A stretch of 64,000 bases of DNA from an uncultured Nitrososphaerota archaeon (GTDB taxonomy: Archaea > Thermoproteota > Nitrososphaeria > Nitrososphaerales > Gagatemarchaeaceae), in NCBI GenBank assembly GCA_963838925.1, contig CAWISW010000002.1, positions 1 through 64,000 on the forward strand, given 5' to 3'. The notes below the pieces were generated by a model, which was not told the origin of the DNA, ran no database searches, and was given only the letters and a program-made list of their open reading frames with translations. Of this stretch, positions 1-8,931 are shown one piece after another; the stretch's first letter is position 1, and each line of letters begins with the position of its first letter. A program made the translations under genes and the position numbers.

Positions 1-21
1 GGCCCGACGGGATTCGAACCC
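1..21 (-). other. tRNA 3'-end fragment (T-loop plus 3' acceptor strand), possible att remnant; cut by window edge
   Basis: Reverse complement reads GGGTTCGAATCCCGTCGGGCC. No matching 5' tRNA half (GGGCCCG..., D-arm) is visible in the next ~100 nt. Confidence 0.55.
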
Positions 22-197
22 CGGGGGGTTCGATACCGAGATTCTGAGATTCTGGATTAGCATCGGGTTCCATTGTATCGCCAGTTATGCTGCCTCGCCA
101 TAAAAGCACCACCCTCGGGGACCTGAGTAGCAGCCCAACCTGTGCAGATGTGGGAGACGAATTGGATCGCCCTAAGAGGCGCCGAGGCAACCATGAT

Positions 198-455
198 TGC
201 GACATACATTACCTCACACCCGAGCTCCGCATCATCCCCTTCTGCTCGTTCAACGTCGTCCGAGAGTGGCATCGCGACAAGATTCAGCAAAAGTACGGCC
301 TCCCCATCGAGGCGTGGGAGGCGAAGAACGGCAAGAAGCTCGAGCACGGGCTCTACAGGGGGACCCTGAGGCGCGGCGGACACCACGCGGGCTGCGGGCG
401 CGTCGTGGGCGAGCAGGTCGAGGAAGTCCACATCCAGCCGATCACCGGAACCTGA
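198..455 (+). repeat. Repeat R1: orphan 3' end of radical-SAM tetraether synthase-like gene
   Basis: Encodes [55 protein letters not shown]...EEVHIQPITGT*. No radical-SAM core upstream; homologous to six downstream copies. Confidence 0.85.
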
Positions 456-1008
456 TATCCGCAGAACGTTCCTGCCGAAGGCCTTGCATTACCGACTCCG
501 ATTGGTTGAAACGCGTAGCGACGGCTAGCCGGAGTTGGCCCAGGTGATTGTTCTAAATGATAATCCCTTGAATGTCGACAAATTGTTTTGCAGTATTTGC
601 AATTCGCCAACGAATCTTGCGCAGAATTTATTGAGTTCTTCTCCGCCCATCTGATATTCTACCAATGTCAATGTTGACCACGCGCTGAGAACACTGAATC
701 GTCAACTTGGGCAGTCGCTTGTCTGGTGCTAGGTCTGGTTTCAAAATGGATGAAAGTGGGCGTGCATCAAGAGGCCTTACTGTCGGCTTTAGCACATGTC
801 AAGCTCGGGAAGAGGAACTGCAAAAACTTAGAAAGCATGTACCCGCTCGGACCTCGGCATGGAGGTTCTTCTCGATTCACGCTTGCATCTGGGATTGAAG
901 AGAGCCAGAGACTTACGGTTGGGTGGTTTCGAATTCGTTGTGAATCGAATACGTTAGAATAAGTATAAACATATGGGTAATTATTCGTGAATATGGTAAT
1001 CACCGTTC

Positions 1009-1305
1009 ATGAGACGGACCCGCCGCGCAAAGCGGTCGAAGATGGAAATCTGGGCGTCGATTCTGGATTGTCTTATATCCGAAGAGGCCAGCATGAACCG
1101 GGTCAAGATTTCGGCGAATGTAAACCAAAGAACTGCGAAAGAGAACCTAGACGAGCTGATTTCTAGAAGGTTGGTTCAGACGAGCCAATCGAAGTTCGTA
1201 TACTACTCGATCACCGAGGATGGAATCAAGTGGGTCAAGATCTATAGAAGTTTGATGAAGAACGAGTCGAGGAAAGCAAACGAGCTTCAAGTGGACTTCC
1301 AATGA
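1009..1305 (+). CDS. archaeal winged-helix transcription regulator (HTH_45-like)
   Basis: KRSKMEIWASIL...ANVN...LDELISRRLV...YSITEDG pattern; AT-rich TATA-like region upstream (~960-985). Confidence 0.8.
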   Translation: MRRTRRAKRSKMEIWASILDCLISEEASMNRVKISANVNQRTAKENLDELISRRLVQTSQSKFVYYSITEDGIKWVKIYRSLMKNESRKANELQVDFQ

Positions 1306-1703
1306 CCTGCACTCCGCCGCTCCTGTTTCGTTCAGAATGTCGTGGATCATATTGAACGGAATAGCGAGAATCATTGACCGCGATTACCTTCGATATTCCC
1401 AACGAAGCAAACGAAAGGCTGGACGCGCGTTCCGACTGTAGGCAGCTTCGTAGTCAGTCCTCGGCGGCGAACCACAATCTTGTTTTTCGCCACCTCAACC
1501 ACATTCATTCCAGGCGATACATGGTGTCGGTCGGGAATGGGTGCGGGACGGGTGATACTTCGGCTCCTGTCGTCAAGATTTGAGGGTTAGCAGCCGGAAG
1601 CTCGACGACTGATGCGGCTCCTTCGACGCGATAGAGGTGATTTCCTGCATCGAATTCAAGGAAGGTGCCGAGAGATGCTCTTGATACACGAATTCATGCT
1701 CTC

Positions 1704-2117
1704 TTACGGAGTATCGCTGAAGCTCTTGACCGTCTCATAGACGGAAATTGAGAGCGCGACCATATAGACCGAAAGAGAGAATAGGAAAGTTGAATTGATG
1801 TTAATTGGCCTCAGAATCGTGATTAGGACTAGTAGCGCTGCGCCGAAGAAAGCCGTAGCAGTGGTCCATAATGGAATCACAGTTCTCCTAATCCTTAACA
1901 TCGATTCGAAGAAGATCCTATCGACAGCGAAACCGTCGCCTTCCTGTCGAATCAAACCCATGCGGACGAGCTTCTGCACATGGTAATCGCTAACAGATGG
2001 GGAGCTAAGTCCGAGGCCACTTTGAATGTCCCTCAACCGAACGGGACCATTGCGATAGATGAACCGATAGACGCGACGCGTGGTTCCGTTGAGAACATCG
2101 CGTGAGGAATTCGTCAT
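1704..2117 (-). CDS. membrane-anchored winged-helix regulator
   Basis: N-terminal wHTH (GTTRRVYRFIY...RDIQSGLGLSSPSVSDYHVQKL) followed by two hydrophobic helices. Confidence 0.8.
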   Translation of the reverse strand: MTNSSRDVLNGTTRRVYRFIYRNGPVRLRDIQSGLGLSSPSVSDYHVQKLVRMGLIRQEGDGFAVDRIFFESMLRIRRTVIPLWTTATAFFGAALLVLITILRPININSTFLFSLSVYMVALSISVYETVKSFSDTP

Positions 2118-2355
2118 GTCATCATCTTTCGGTTTGGACCAGTCTAATCAAGGTATTGCGGAAGTTAGATAATGATTAAGAAAAATATTGTTACAGGGCG
2201 ACGTCCGCCGTGTACAAGTGTTTCCAGCCTTGATGCCGTCATTCAATTCTGCGCCGCTAATCTCTGCGCAGACTTCACCGTAAGCTTAGGCCTCACAATA
2301 CGCCGCAAGTGACACAATTATGTGCCACCTGCGGCAGAGTTGAGACTGTCAGTAC

Positions 2356-3561
2356 CTATGTGCCGGCGCTACTGGCCCATGATTCCTGGAACTGACCGCC
2401 GTTGCCTGAGGTCATTCCGCCGACGTCTGTGTTTTGGGTGCCCGAGATGTCTATGACCACTCCGACGCCATGTCCATTGCTCCAATCGGAGTAGGCGCTC
2501 ATGGAGTATACCGCATACAGAGAACATTCTGTGTAGTTGAAAGCTGTGAATTCCGGCAACCCATAGGTGGCTGGGGTGATGATTTCCGAGACGTATGCTG
2601 CGTAGACAGGAGTGAAGGCGATGCTCTCGGGATTGCCAGAGGTGGGTGTGCAAGTCCAGGTTTGGCTGTAGTCAGTGACATACAGGTAGTAGTTATTGCT
2701 CTCCGTACCGTCGTAAATGAGCTCGTTCTCCATGTCTGAGACCATGGTGTTGCCAGCATATGCAGTGTTACCGCATTCTTGGATTGAATTCACTCCGAAT
2801 AGTTCGGTCCAAGCCGTGTACGAGGCTCCACCACCATTCGAGTAGTCGGCCCACACGCCACCTTGAACTATGCAACACTTGTCGGAAGATGAAGTACTGT
2901 TTGTTAGTCCAACCCATGGACTAATGTTGCAGAATGTTGGGCTGGTTTGACAGATGCCTCCTGAAGGAGTTGAAAGAGTCGGCAGTGTATAGTCAGCCTC
3001 TGCCTGGAAGAGTCTCTGAGGCTGCCCGCTGAGGCCAGGGTGATCTATTGCGTATCCAGACCAATCGCAGGGCGAACTTGGACAGCTAGGAGAAATGCCT
3101 GCGTATGCCAAGTTATCGAGGCGCACTTGGGATATCGTAGAGGTAAGTGGATTTTCCACGACTACGAGGTTATACTGCGAACCATTTGTGCTTGTGGCTA
3201 GGAAGTTGACGGCAACGTTTTGGAACGTAACACTGCATTGGGAGTTGAATGTCCAATCGTCGTTTGCTCCTGTGTATTTAGTTACGAAGGCCGCAGAAGT
3301 AGTCTTGAACTCGGCGGAGGTAGCTGCGAGGTCGATGGCACTGTTCAGATTGTAGGGATCTCCTGCGGCTCGTATGTTCTGTTCGATGGCGTGCTCGTTT
3401 GTGCACGATGAACTGGCACTAGAGGAGTCTGCGTGGACCGCCGGTATGGCGGCCGACATGCCTAGAAGGGCGAGCATGAGGACCGACCCAAAAAAAGGTC
3501 CAACTCGCACCGACGCAAGTACAGATTTCGAGGTCAATTTCGTTCTCAGTTTCGATATCAC
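2356..3561 (-). CDS. secreted G1 (eqolisin-like) glutamic peptidase family protein
   Basis: Signal peptide ending AVHA; WSGY, PWVGL, IVQGG (catalytic Gln position), YTAWTELF, YVSE (catalytic Glu position). Confidence 0.65.
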   Translation of the reverse strand: MISKLRTKLTSKSVLASVRVGPFFGSVLMLALLGMSAAIPAVHADSSSASSSCTNEHAIEQNIRAAGDPYNLNSAIDLAATSAEFKTTSAAFVTKYTGANDDWTFNSQCSVTFQNVAVNFLATSTNGSQYNLVVVENPLTSTISQVRLDNLAYAGISPSCPSSPCDWSGYAIDHPGLSGQPQRLFQAEADYTLPTLSTPSGGICQTSPTFCNISPWVGLTNSTSSSDKCCIVQGGVWADYSNGGGASYTAWTELFGVNSIQECGNTAYAGNTMVSDMENELIYDGTESNNYYLYVTDYSQTWTCTPTSGNPESIAFTPVYAAYVSEIITPATYGLPEFTAFNYTECSLYAVYSMSAYSDWSNGHGVGVVIDISGTQNTDVGGMTSGNGGQFQESWASSAGT

Positions 3562-3829
3562 TCGTCTTCAGTGCGTTGTCTAGCTTAATATCACCAGCAG
3601 AATCTTTCATCCCGGTTCTGTTATCCGGGATATCAATTCCCATCTGCTTGCCTAAGCCTGCATGTGCTACCAACCCCGGCTCGCTCTCCCAATAGGTTAT
3701 CGTTTTCCCCGTATGGCTCCTTTGTCCAGCTTAGGAGAACGAACGATAGCGGGCAAGAACTGCAGGAACTTTGAATTAGTCGCCTCAACAAGTTACCTTG
3801 TTCCTAGCGTGGCTATCACTAGTCGATCG

Positions 3830-4426
3830 CTACGCGCATTGACCACTATTGAATGGCGACAAGAAGTTCCATGTCTCGCTGGATATTAGCCAGTCGTCGC
3901 CAGAGCGCACGTAGATGACCTGAAAAGCGACCTTCCCACCATACTCGTTGAACTGGCACTGAGTGAGCGAAGAATTGAGATTCCCGGCGATATTGAAGGT
4001 GCCGTTCAACTGAACAGCATTGCCAACTGGGCTCGCCGAGTCAATCGTGTTGTTGACAAAAAGATCAGTGAACAGCGGAAAAAAACCATCGTACAAAGTC
4101 GAAATGTTTGTTCCTCCTGCATAATGCCCTCCGAAGCCACTGGTCGCCCCTTTCCAAGTCACTGTCGCGTTCGCTAGATATTCAGCTACTAGCGATGAGT
4201 CGTTTCGCGATGCAAAATTCTGCAAATGGCTGAGGTATTCGGCTTCTATTGTCTCCGATGAGGGAATCGTGATAGTACTTGAAGCAGTTGGGGGTGCGTT
4301 TGATGATGGAGTTGTAGTGGCCATAGGGTTTGCGGGAACATAGTAGTTCAATTCAAAGCCCAGCCCGACTGCGACCGCCACAGCGAGTAGAGCTCCTATC
4401 ACGATTCGCCCTTTGTATTCAGACAT
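3830..4426 (-). CDS. membrane-anchored NTF2/SnoaL-like fold protein
   Basis: N-terminal TM helix, Thr/Ser linker, then 'LVAEYLANATVTW...G...W LISSETWNF', typical of NTF2-like folds. Confidence 0.65.
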   Translation of the reverse strand: MSEYKGRIVIGALLAVAVAVGLGFELNYYVPANPMATTTPSSNAPPTASSTITIPSSETIEAEYLSHLQNFASRNDSSLVAEYLANATVTWKGATSGFGGHYAGGTNISTLYDGFFPLFTDLFVNNTIDSASPVGNAVQLNGTFNIAGNLNSSLTQCQFNEYGGKVAFQVIYVRSGDDWLISSETWNFLSPFNSGQCA

Positions 4427-4620
4427 TTGTATCGCCTAAGCTGTATTAACTCTTTCATTTAGTTCTACGGCTTTGAAGACAGTTTCTACGAATTGTTCCG
4501 TAAACTTCAAAAGGTGATTTACAAAATTTGTAAAACACTGGGTAGAATCATTCCGTTTAGGGTTAATCAAAAAAATCGCCTAGGTCTGAACCTCTGGTTG
4601 TGGGCAAAATGCTCGCACGG

Positions 4621-4884
4621 AAGCGCTGCGACATTCACTACCTCACGCCCGACCTCCGCATCATCCCCTTCTGCTCGTTCAACGTCATCCCCGAGTAGTA
4701 CAGGGACAAGATCCACCAGAAGTACGGCCTGCCCATCGAGGCATGGGAAGCGAAGAACGGCAAGAAGCTCGAGGACGGGCTCTACCGTGGCACCCTACGC
4801 AGGGGCGGACACCACGCAGGCTGCGGCTGCGCGGTCGGCGAGCAGGGCGGGGAAGTCCACATCCAGCCTATCACAGGGACGTAG
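4621..4884 (+). repeat. Repeat R2: orphan tetraether synthase-like 3' end (internal TAG at 4696-4698)
   Basis: [86 protein letters not shown]. Confidence 0.85.
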
Positions 4885-4963
4885 AGAAGCAGCCCGACTG
4901 TTAGCGAGCGTCTGGTGTGAGGAAATCTTCAATAGGATACTCTCATTCCTCGATACGCTTACC

Positions 4964-5476
4964 TTGTCAGCTGTCACGACGCCTTCAAGCCAAAGGTTTC
5001 TGCATCTTACGCGGCGCAAGACAATCGGCCTGACGCTAGCCGCCGTGGCGATAATTCTAATCTTCCTGGGCTTCACTTATCAGATTCCAGTCGATCACAT
5101 CAACGAGCGGACTTCGATGCCAGCAGGGCTGATGGCCAACCCCGTCTTCGCGGCCGTTGCCACCAACACAACGGGGAACATCGGGCTCACGTTGCAGAAC
5201 TTCAACTATTCCAGCCCTGATGGCACGACGAAGCTGTCCGCGACCTCGGCAGACGTCACGATCACTATGAGCCCGGTCAACCAGGGCAGCACGAACTTGA
5301 ACCTGACACTCAACTTGAGCGGGGTCAACATCAAGTCCCCGTCTTTCACAGGCACCTTCTCGTCGCTGAAGTTGACCGGATTCGTGATAGTCGACCCCCA
5401 GACCAACCAGCTCGTCCTCTCCCTCGTGGCCTCAACCTCGGTCGCGGGCATCCTTCAAGCTGTCTTGGGAGTTTGA
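4964..5476 (+). CDS. hypothetical membrane-anchored beta-rich protein (cassette cargo)
   Basis: TTG start after R2; TM helix TIGLTLAAVAIILIFLGF, then Thr/Ser/Asn-rich beta-strand pattern. The 5' part of the track ORF is an out-of-frame reading of R2. Confidence 0.7.
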   Translation: MSAVTTPSSQRFLHLTRRKTIGLTLAAVAIILIFLGFTYQIPVDHINERTSMPAGLMANPVFAAVATNTTGNIGLTLQNFNYSSPDGTTKLSATSADVTITMSPVNQGSTNLNLTLNLSGVNIKSPSFTGTFSSLKLTGFVIVDPQTNQLVLSLVASTSVAGILQAVLGV

Positions 5477-5548
5477 TTCTGCAGGGGCATCCGTAACTGT
5501 CCCGGTCGAACCGCCGTTTTCAGGCCAGAAAGAATGTTAGAGGAAACG

Positions 5549-5587
5549 GGTGAGGATTTCCACATCCAGCCGATCACGAGAACCTAG
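5549..5587 (+). repeat. Repeat R3 (short, degenerate Tes 3' end)
   Basis: ggtgaggatttccacatccagccgatcacgagaacctag = GEDFHIQPITRT*. Confidence 0.8.
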
Positions 5588-5601
5588 ACGAATCTTAGGG
5601 C

Positions 5602-5846
5602 TCATTCAGAGGGAGCGCGGCGGATGTTCTTCAGCGCTTCTTCCACATCGTTTAGTGCTACGATTTCCTGGCCAAACAGCTCAGTGGTGCGGTCCCATGC
5701 GACCAGAGCACGGTTGATTATCACGGGCCGAAGTTCCTCCAGAATGACCCGCAGTCTGTTCGCATCGTTCAGCGTTTCGGCCAATTCTTGATTGCCTTAT
5801 CTGCGCGAGACTCGATGTACTCCCTCCATCTTACGGGGTCTTTCAT
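5602..5846 (-). pseudogene. small helical orphan ORF, possibly frameshifted
   Basis: ATG at 5846 (MKDPVRWREYIESRADKAIK) overlaps out of frame with the 60-aa ORF 5602-5784. Confidence 0.35.
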
Positions 5847-5990
5847 TAGGCAATCTAGTTTCCTCATCACTTCCTCGTCCTCCGTCTGGCCTGCCTTCAA
5901 CGCAACAACATTGTTCCCGCTTCCTTAAAGACTCTGCTCTGGCCTGGAAGTATTTGTCGTAGAGCTCCGCGAAACTGATTTCATCGGCCG

Positions 5991-6044
5991 GCCGTCAGCG
6001 AGCAGGGCGAGGAAGTCCACATCCAACCGATTACAGGAACCTAG
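5991..6044 (+). repeat. Repeat R4
   Basis: gccgtcagcgagcagggcgaggaagtccacatccaaccgattacaggaacctag = AVSEQGEEVHIQPITGT*. Confidence 0.85.
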
Positions 6045-6143
6045 CTCCCTGAAGCTAGCCTCAATAGCCAGCAACGCCCTACCATTCGACGAGAGATGCC
6101 GCCAGTGGGCATCTAGGCTTATATCGCCGGGCCTGCTTATTGG

Positions 6144-6434
6144 TTGACTTGGATGGCTCGAGAAGTGAAGGCCATGGGAGTAGACCCAATCGAACGGGCT
6201 CTCAACGCACGTATCTTCAAGAAACTAGGCGTATCGCCGCAGTCCAGGTGGGCGAAGGACTACACCGAGATGATGCGGCGGCCGCTGACGGCGGAAGAGT
6301 GGCGGAACTTCGAGGAGAATGTTCTGAACGACCCGAAGAAGCTGGACGAATGGGTTGACCGGGTGATTGCTGGATGGACCGGGAGAACGTCGACAGGCTC
6401 AAGAAAGCGCTTGACGGCGTCCAAGAGTCGCTGA
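6144..6434 (+). CDS. hypothetical protein (cassette cargo)
   Basis: 96-aa ORF with protein-like composition; TATA-like 'cttatat' ~25 nt upstream. Confidence 0.5.
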   Translation: MTWMAREVKAMGVDPIERALNARIFKKLGVSPQSRWAKDYTEMMRRPLTAEEWRNFEENVLNDPKKLDEWVDRVIAGWTGRTSTGSRKRLTASKSR

Positions 6435-6563
6435 CTCGAAGGATTCCTGTGGTCGCGGTCAGAAGTCCAGAGAACCTCGCGGAAGAGGTGGCTGCGCTAA
6501 ATGCTCTTCTCGAGTTGAAGATGAAACTGAGTCTCCTTTCGTGAACCCATCCTCCTTACCACA

Positions 6564-6630
6564 GGCATCGGATGCGCTGTGGGCGAGCAGGGCGAGGAAG
6601 TTCCACATCCAGCCGATCACCGGAACCTAG
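6564..6630 (+). repeat. Repeat R5 (1-nt insertion)
   Basis: ggcatcggatgcgctgtgggcgagcagggcgaggaagttccacatccagccgatcaccggaacctag. Confidence 0.85.
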
Positions 6631-6634
6631 GGGA

Positions 6635-6988
6635 TCAGCGAGCCTGTCGATCCGGCGCGAGGTCGAGGGCTTCTTTCTGGGCTCCCAAAGCCACATCGTC
6701 CTCGCCTGCGCCCTTCACATGGGCACAGCCTCTGCGTCCCGATTGTCCGAGGAACTTTGACCGATAACCGGACATCCTCGCCATCAGCAGATTGAGTTCT
6801 GTGGTTTCCTGCCCTGCTGCGTCCATGTCCTGCCTTAAGCAATCGAGGATGTCCAGCAGTATCACGACTCTCTTCACCTGAGAGTCTTGCAGCACATACT
6901 CGTCAATCAGTCCTCTTATCGCCGCCGATGAGGGCCACTGAGCGGTCGCTCTGATAATCCCGTCAGCCACTTCTTTGGTGTTCACCAA
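6635..6988 (-). CDS. hypothetical helical protein (cassette cargo)
   Basis: 117-aa ORF with amphipathic helices; ends 4 nt from R5. Confidence 0.45.
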   Translation of the reverse strand: MVNTKEVADGIIRATAQWPSSAAIRGLIDEYVLQDSQVKRVVILLDILDCLRQDMDAAGQETTELNLLMARMSGYRSKFLGQSGRRGCAHVKGAGEDDVALGAQKEALDLAPDRQAR

Positions 6989-7144
6989 ATGCCTTCACGG
7001 CTGCCTGCGATTGCCTCCGATTGCAGAGTTGGTGGCACCTGTCTTACTTAAGGGGAGGACATGATTCTCTCGATTGGGAATGAGGTTTTCACGAGTGAGA
7101 ATCGTCCACTCGTCTTATAGGCCGGCGCGCAGTTCCGTGTTGCC

Positions 7145-7252
7145 ATGGGCAAGCGTCCAATCCTTCCAGACGTTTTCGAGGACTGGATTGAGAAGCAGAA
7201 GGTCAAGCCAGTGAAGGCGAAGCCTGGTTTCGTAGCCGAAGAGAAGATCTAG
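7145..7252 (+). CDS. putative 35-aa small protein
   Basis: MGKRPILPDVFEDWIEKQKVKPVKAKPGFVAEEKI*; 'cttata' box ~30 nt upstream; below the ORF-track cutoff. Confidence 0.35.
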   Translation: MGKRPILPDVFEDWIEKQKVKPVKAKPGFVAEEKI

Positions 7253-7307
7253 CCAGGCTCAAGGCTTGCAAGTAACCGCCAGGACCCTCCGGTAGACCCG
7301 TCGCTGC

Positions 7308-7952
7308 TCATCTCTTCCACGCCTTCATCTCGCTCTTCGCCAGACGGTGAGACTCCAGCATCAACTTGAGACAGGTGGGGCTGTGCTCTCGCATCAGAGC
7401 CTCGAGATCCTCGACACTGACGGAGTAGCCCGGGCTCCAGTACTCCTTGGTGCCATCCCCCGCCTCGAACCCTACGACCTCTCCATCAAGGATTATCCTG
7501 CGAATCGGGCCATCGCCGCCCTCGACAGTTCCCACAAGCATCGACTTCGCGATCCCGACGCTCGGGATTCCCAGAACCATTCCGCATATGGTCGCAAGAC
7601 CCGCGGAGCGCGGATGCGCAGCCCCATGCGCGTCGAAACATACGATTTGAGGACGAACCGTGAGCCTGTTCACCGCCTCCGTCGCGAAGGGGCCCTCGTG
7701 CAAGTAGAACAACCCTGGCGAGTAGGGGAAGTTGAAGTGGCCGGTGTAGACGCTGTGCTCAACGATCCGTCCGTCCACGGCTTCGGTTGCCACCGCAGCC
7801 ACCCTGTCGGAGGAGTATGACGCATCGACAGCGCATATCCTCGAGACCCGCTTTGGTACGGCCTTCGCCCTTGCGCGAAGGAGCGTTTGCAATCTGGCGA
7901 AGAACGCAGCTTCTGCTCCATCGACATCTTCATGACTTCGCAAGTTTTCCAC
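7308..7952 (-). CDS. nfi: endonuclease V
   Basis: VDASYS, PYSPGLFYLHE wedge, FDAHGAAHPR, GIAKS motifs. Confidence 0.9.
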   Translation of the reverse strand: MENLRSHEDVDGAEAAFFARLQTLLRARAKAVPKRVSRICAVDASYSSDRVAAVATEAVDGRIVEHSVYTGHFNFPYSPGLFYLHEGPFATEAVNRLTVRPQIVCFDAHGAAHPRSAGLATICGMVLGIPSVGIAKSMLVGTVEGGDGPIRRIILDGEVVGFEAGDGTKEYWSPGYSVSVEDLEALMREHSPTCLKLMLESHRLAKSEMKAWKR

Positions 7953-7989
7953 GCACAGGACTTCTCAGTCCTTAATTGGCATATGCCCA

Positions 7990-8075
7990 AGGCGGTCGAC
8001 ACCACGTGGGTTGTGGGTGCGCGGTCGGCCAGCAGGGCGGGGAGGTCCACCAACAGCCGACTACCGGAGCTCTAG
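7990..8075 (+). repeat. Repeat R6 (degenerate)
   Basis: ...caccacgtgggttgtgggtgcgcggtcggccagcagggcggggaggtccaccaacagccgactaccggagctctag = HHVGCGCAVGQQGGEVHQQPTTG. Confidence 0.8.
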
Positions 8076-8218
8076 AGTCAAGCCGGTGGCCGAAGGTCCT
8101 AGCTCGCCCGCCTCTCTCCTGCCTCTCGTTGCCGTCGTCCCAGCGGAACGTGTGACCAACGCGAACGCGGCCGTGCGATGTTGACAGTGTAAATAGCGCC
8201 TCCTTGGAGCACGGCGTC

Positions 8219-8914
8219 ATGAACCGATTCATCGCTGTGTGGGGGGCCATCGTGACAGTTGGGGGAGTCGTCATGTGGCTGCTCTTGCAAGGTCTCTACT
8301 CAGTGAACTTTTTCATGATGGGGTTCTACATCCCTCCTGCGCAGACCGTTGCGGAGGGAACCACGTTCGCCGGGATTCTTCTGCTCCTGGCGAGTCTCGT
8401 ATCCGAGTGGCCGAGGTATGCCGAGGTGAGCAATGAGACCGCTGCAAGATACTTCGGTTGGGCAGCGCTGGTCAACGCGCTGGCTGCCGCCGTCTTCACC
8501 GTCCCAATGCTCGTGCCTTCTCTCGAGTTTCCGATACTGATCGCTGAATGGCCTGGGATCTATCTCGTCATAGCGTACGCCTTCTTCATCATCTTCGGAG
8601 TGATCGGGATGCTCGGCTGGAGCGTGATGTACTCCTTCATGCCTACGTTCTTCTCAAAGGAATGGGTCGACCGGCGCTCGGTCATCCTTCAGCTACTGCT
8701 GTCTGAGGTCGGGATCTACGTCGCGTCCACCTTCCTCTTCATCGCCGGATTCAGAGGTGCTTCGCTCGTCCACGACGGCAACGCTGGCTATGCCGTCGTA
8801 GGAGCAACGATGGAGATTGCCGACCTGCCCTCGGCCGTGGCGATATTCGTGATAATCGTTAGCGTCTTCCTGGGGGCCTTGAACATATTGCGACGGAGCG
8901 GTCCTGAGCACTAG
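8219..8914 (+). CDS. polytopic membrane protein (~6 TM), cassette cargo
   Basis: Long hydrophobic ORF; 'taaata' box ~25 nt upstream of ATG 8219. Confidence 0.8.
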   Translation: MNRFIAVWGAIVTVGGVVMWLLLQGLYSVNFFMMGFYIPPAQTVAEGTTFAGILLLLASLVSEWPRYAEVSNETAARYFGWAALVNALAAAVFTVPMLVPSLEFPILIAEWPGIYLVIAYAFFIIFGVIGMLGWSVMYSFMPTFFSKEWVDRRSVILQLLLSEVGIYVASTFLFIAGFRGASLVHDGNAGYAVVGATMEIADLPSAVAIFVIIVSVFLGALNILRRSGPEH

Positions 8915-8931
8915 ACGTCCGAGCGCATGCG

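Noticed and set aside
87-455. 122-aa ORF as an intact gene
   Set aside because: Only 198-455 is homologous to the repeat; the N-terminus looks like chance open frame and lacks any radical-SAM motif.
456-1008. Short ORFs in AT-rich DNA after R1
   Set aside because: No motifs or consistent coding signal; treated as intergenic or decayed sequence.
4696-4698. TAG as pyrrolysine or programmed readthrough
   Set aside because: It replaces Trp (TGG in R1) by one transition in an orphan fragment, and no pyl genes are seen; ordinary decay explains it.
4493-4963. 5' extension of the 327-aa ORF
   Set aside because: It is an out-of-frame reading of AT-rich intergenic DNA plus R2; the plausible gene starts near 4964.
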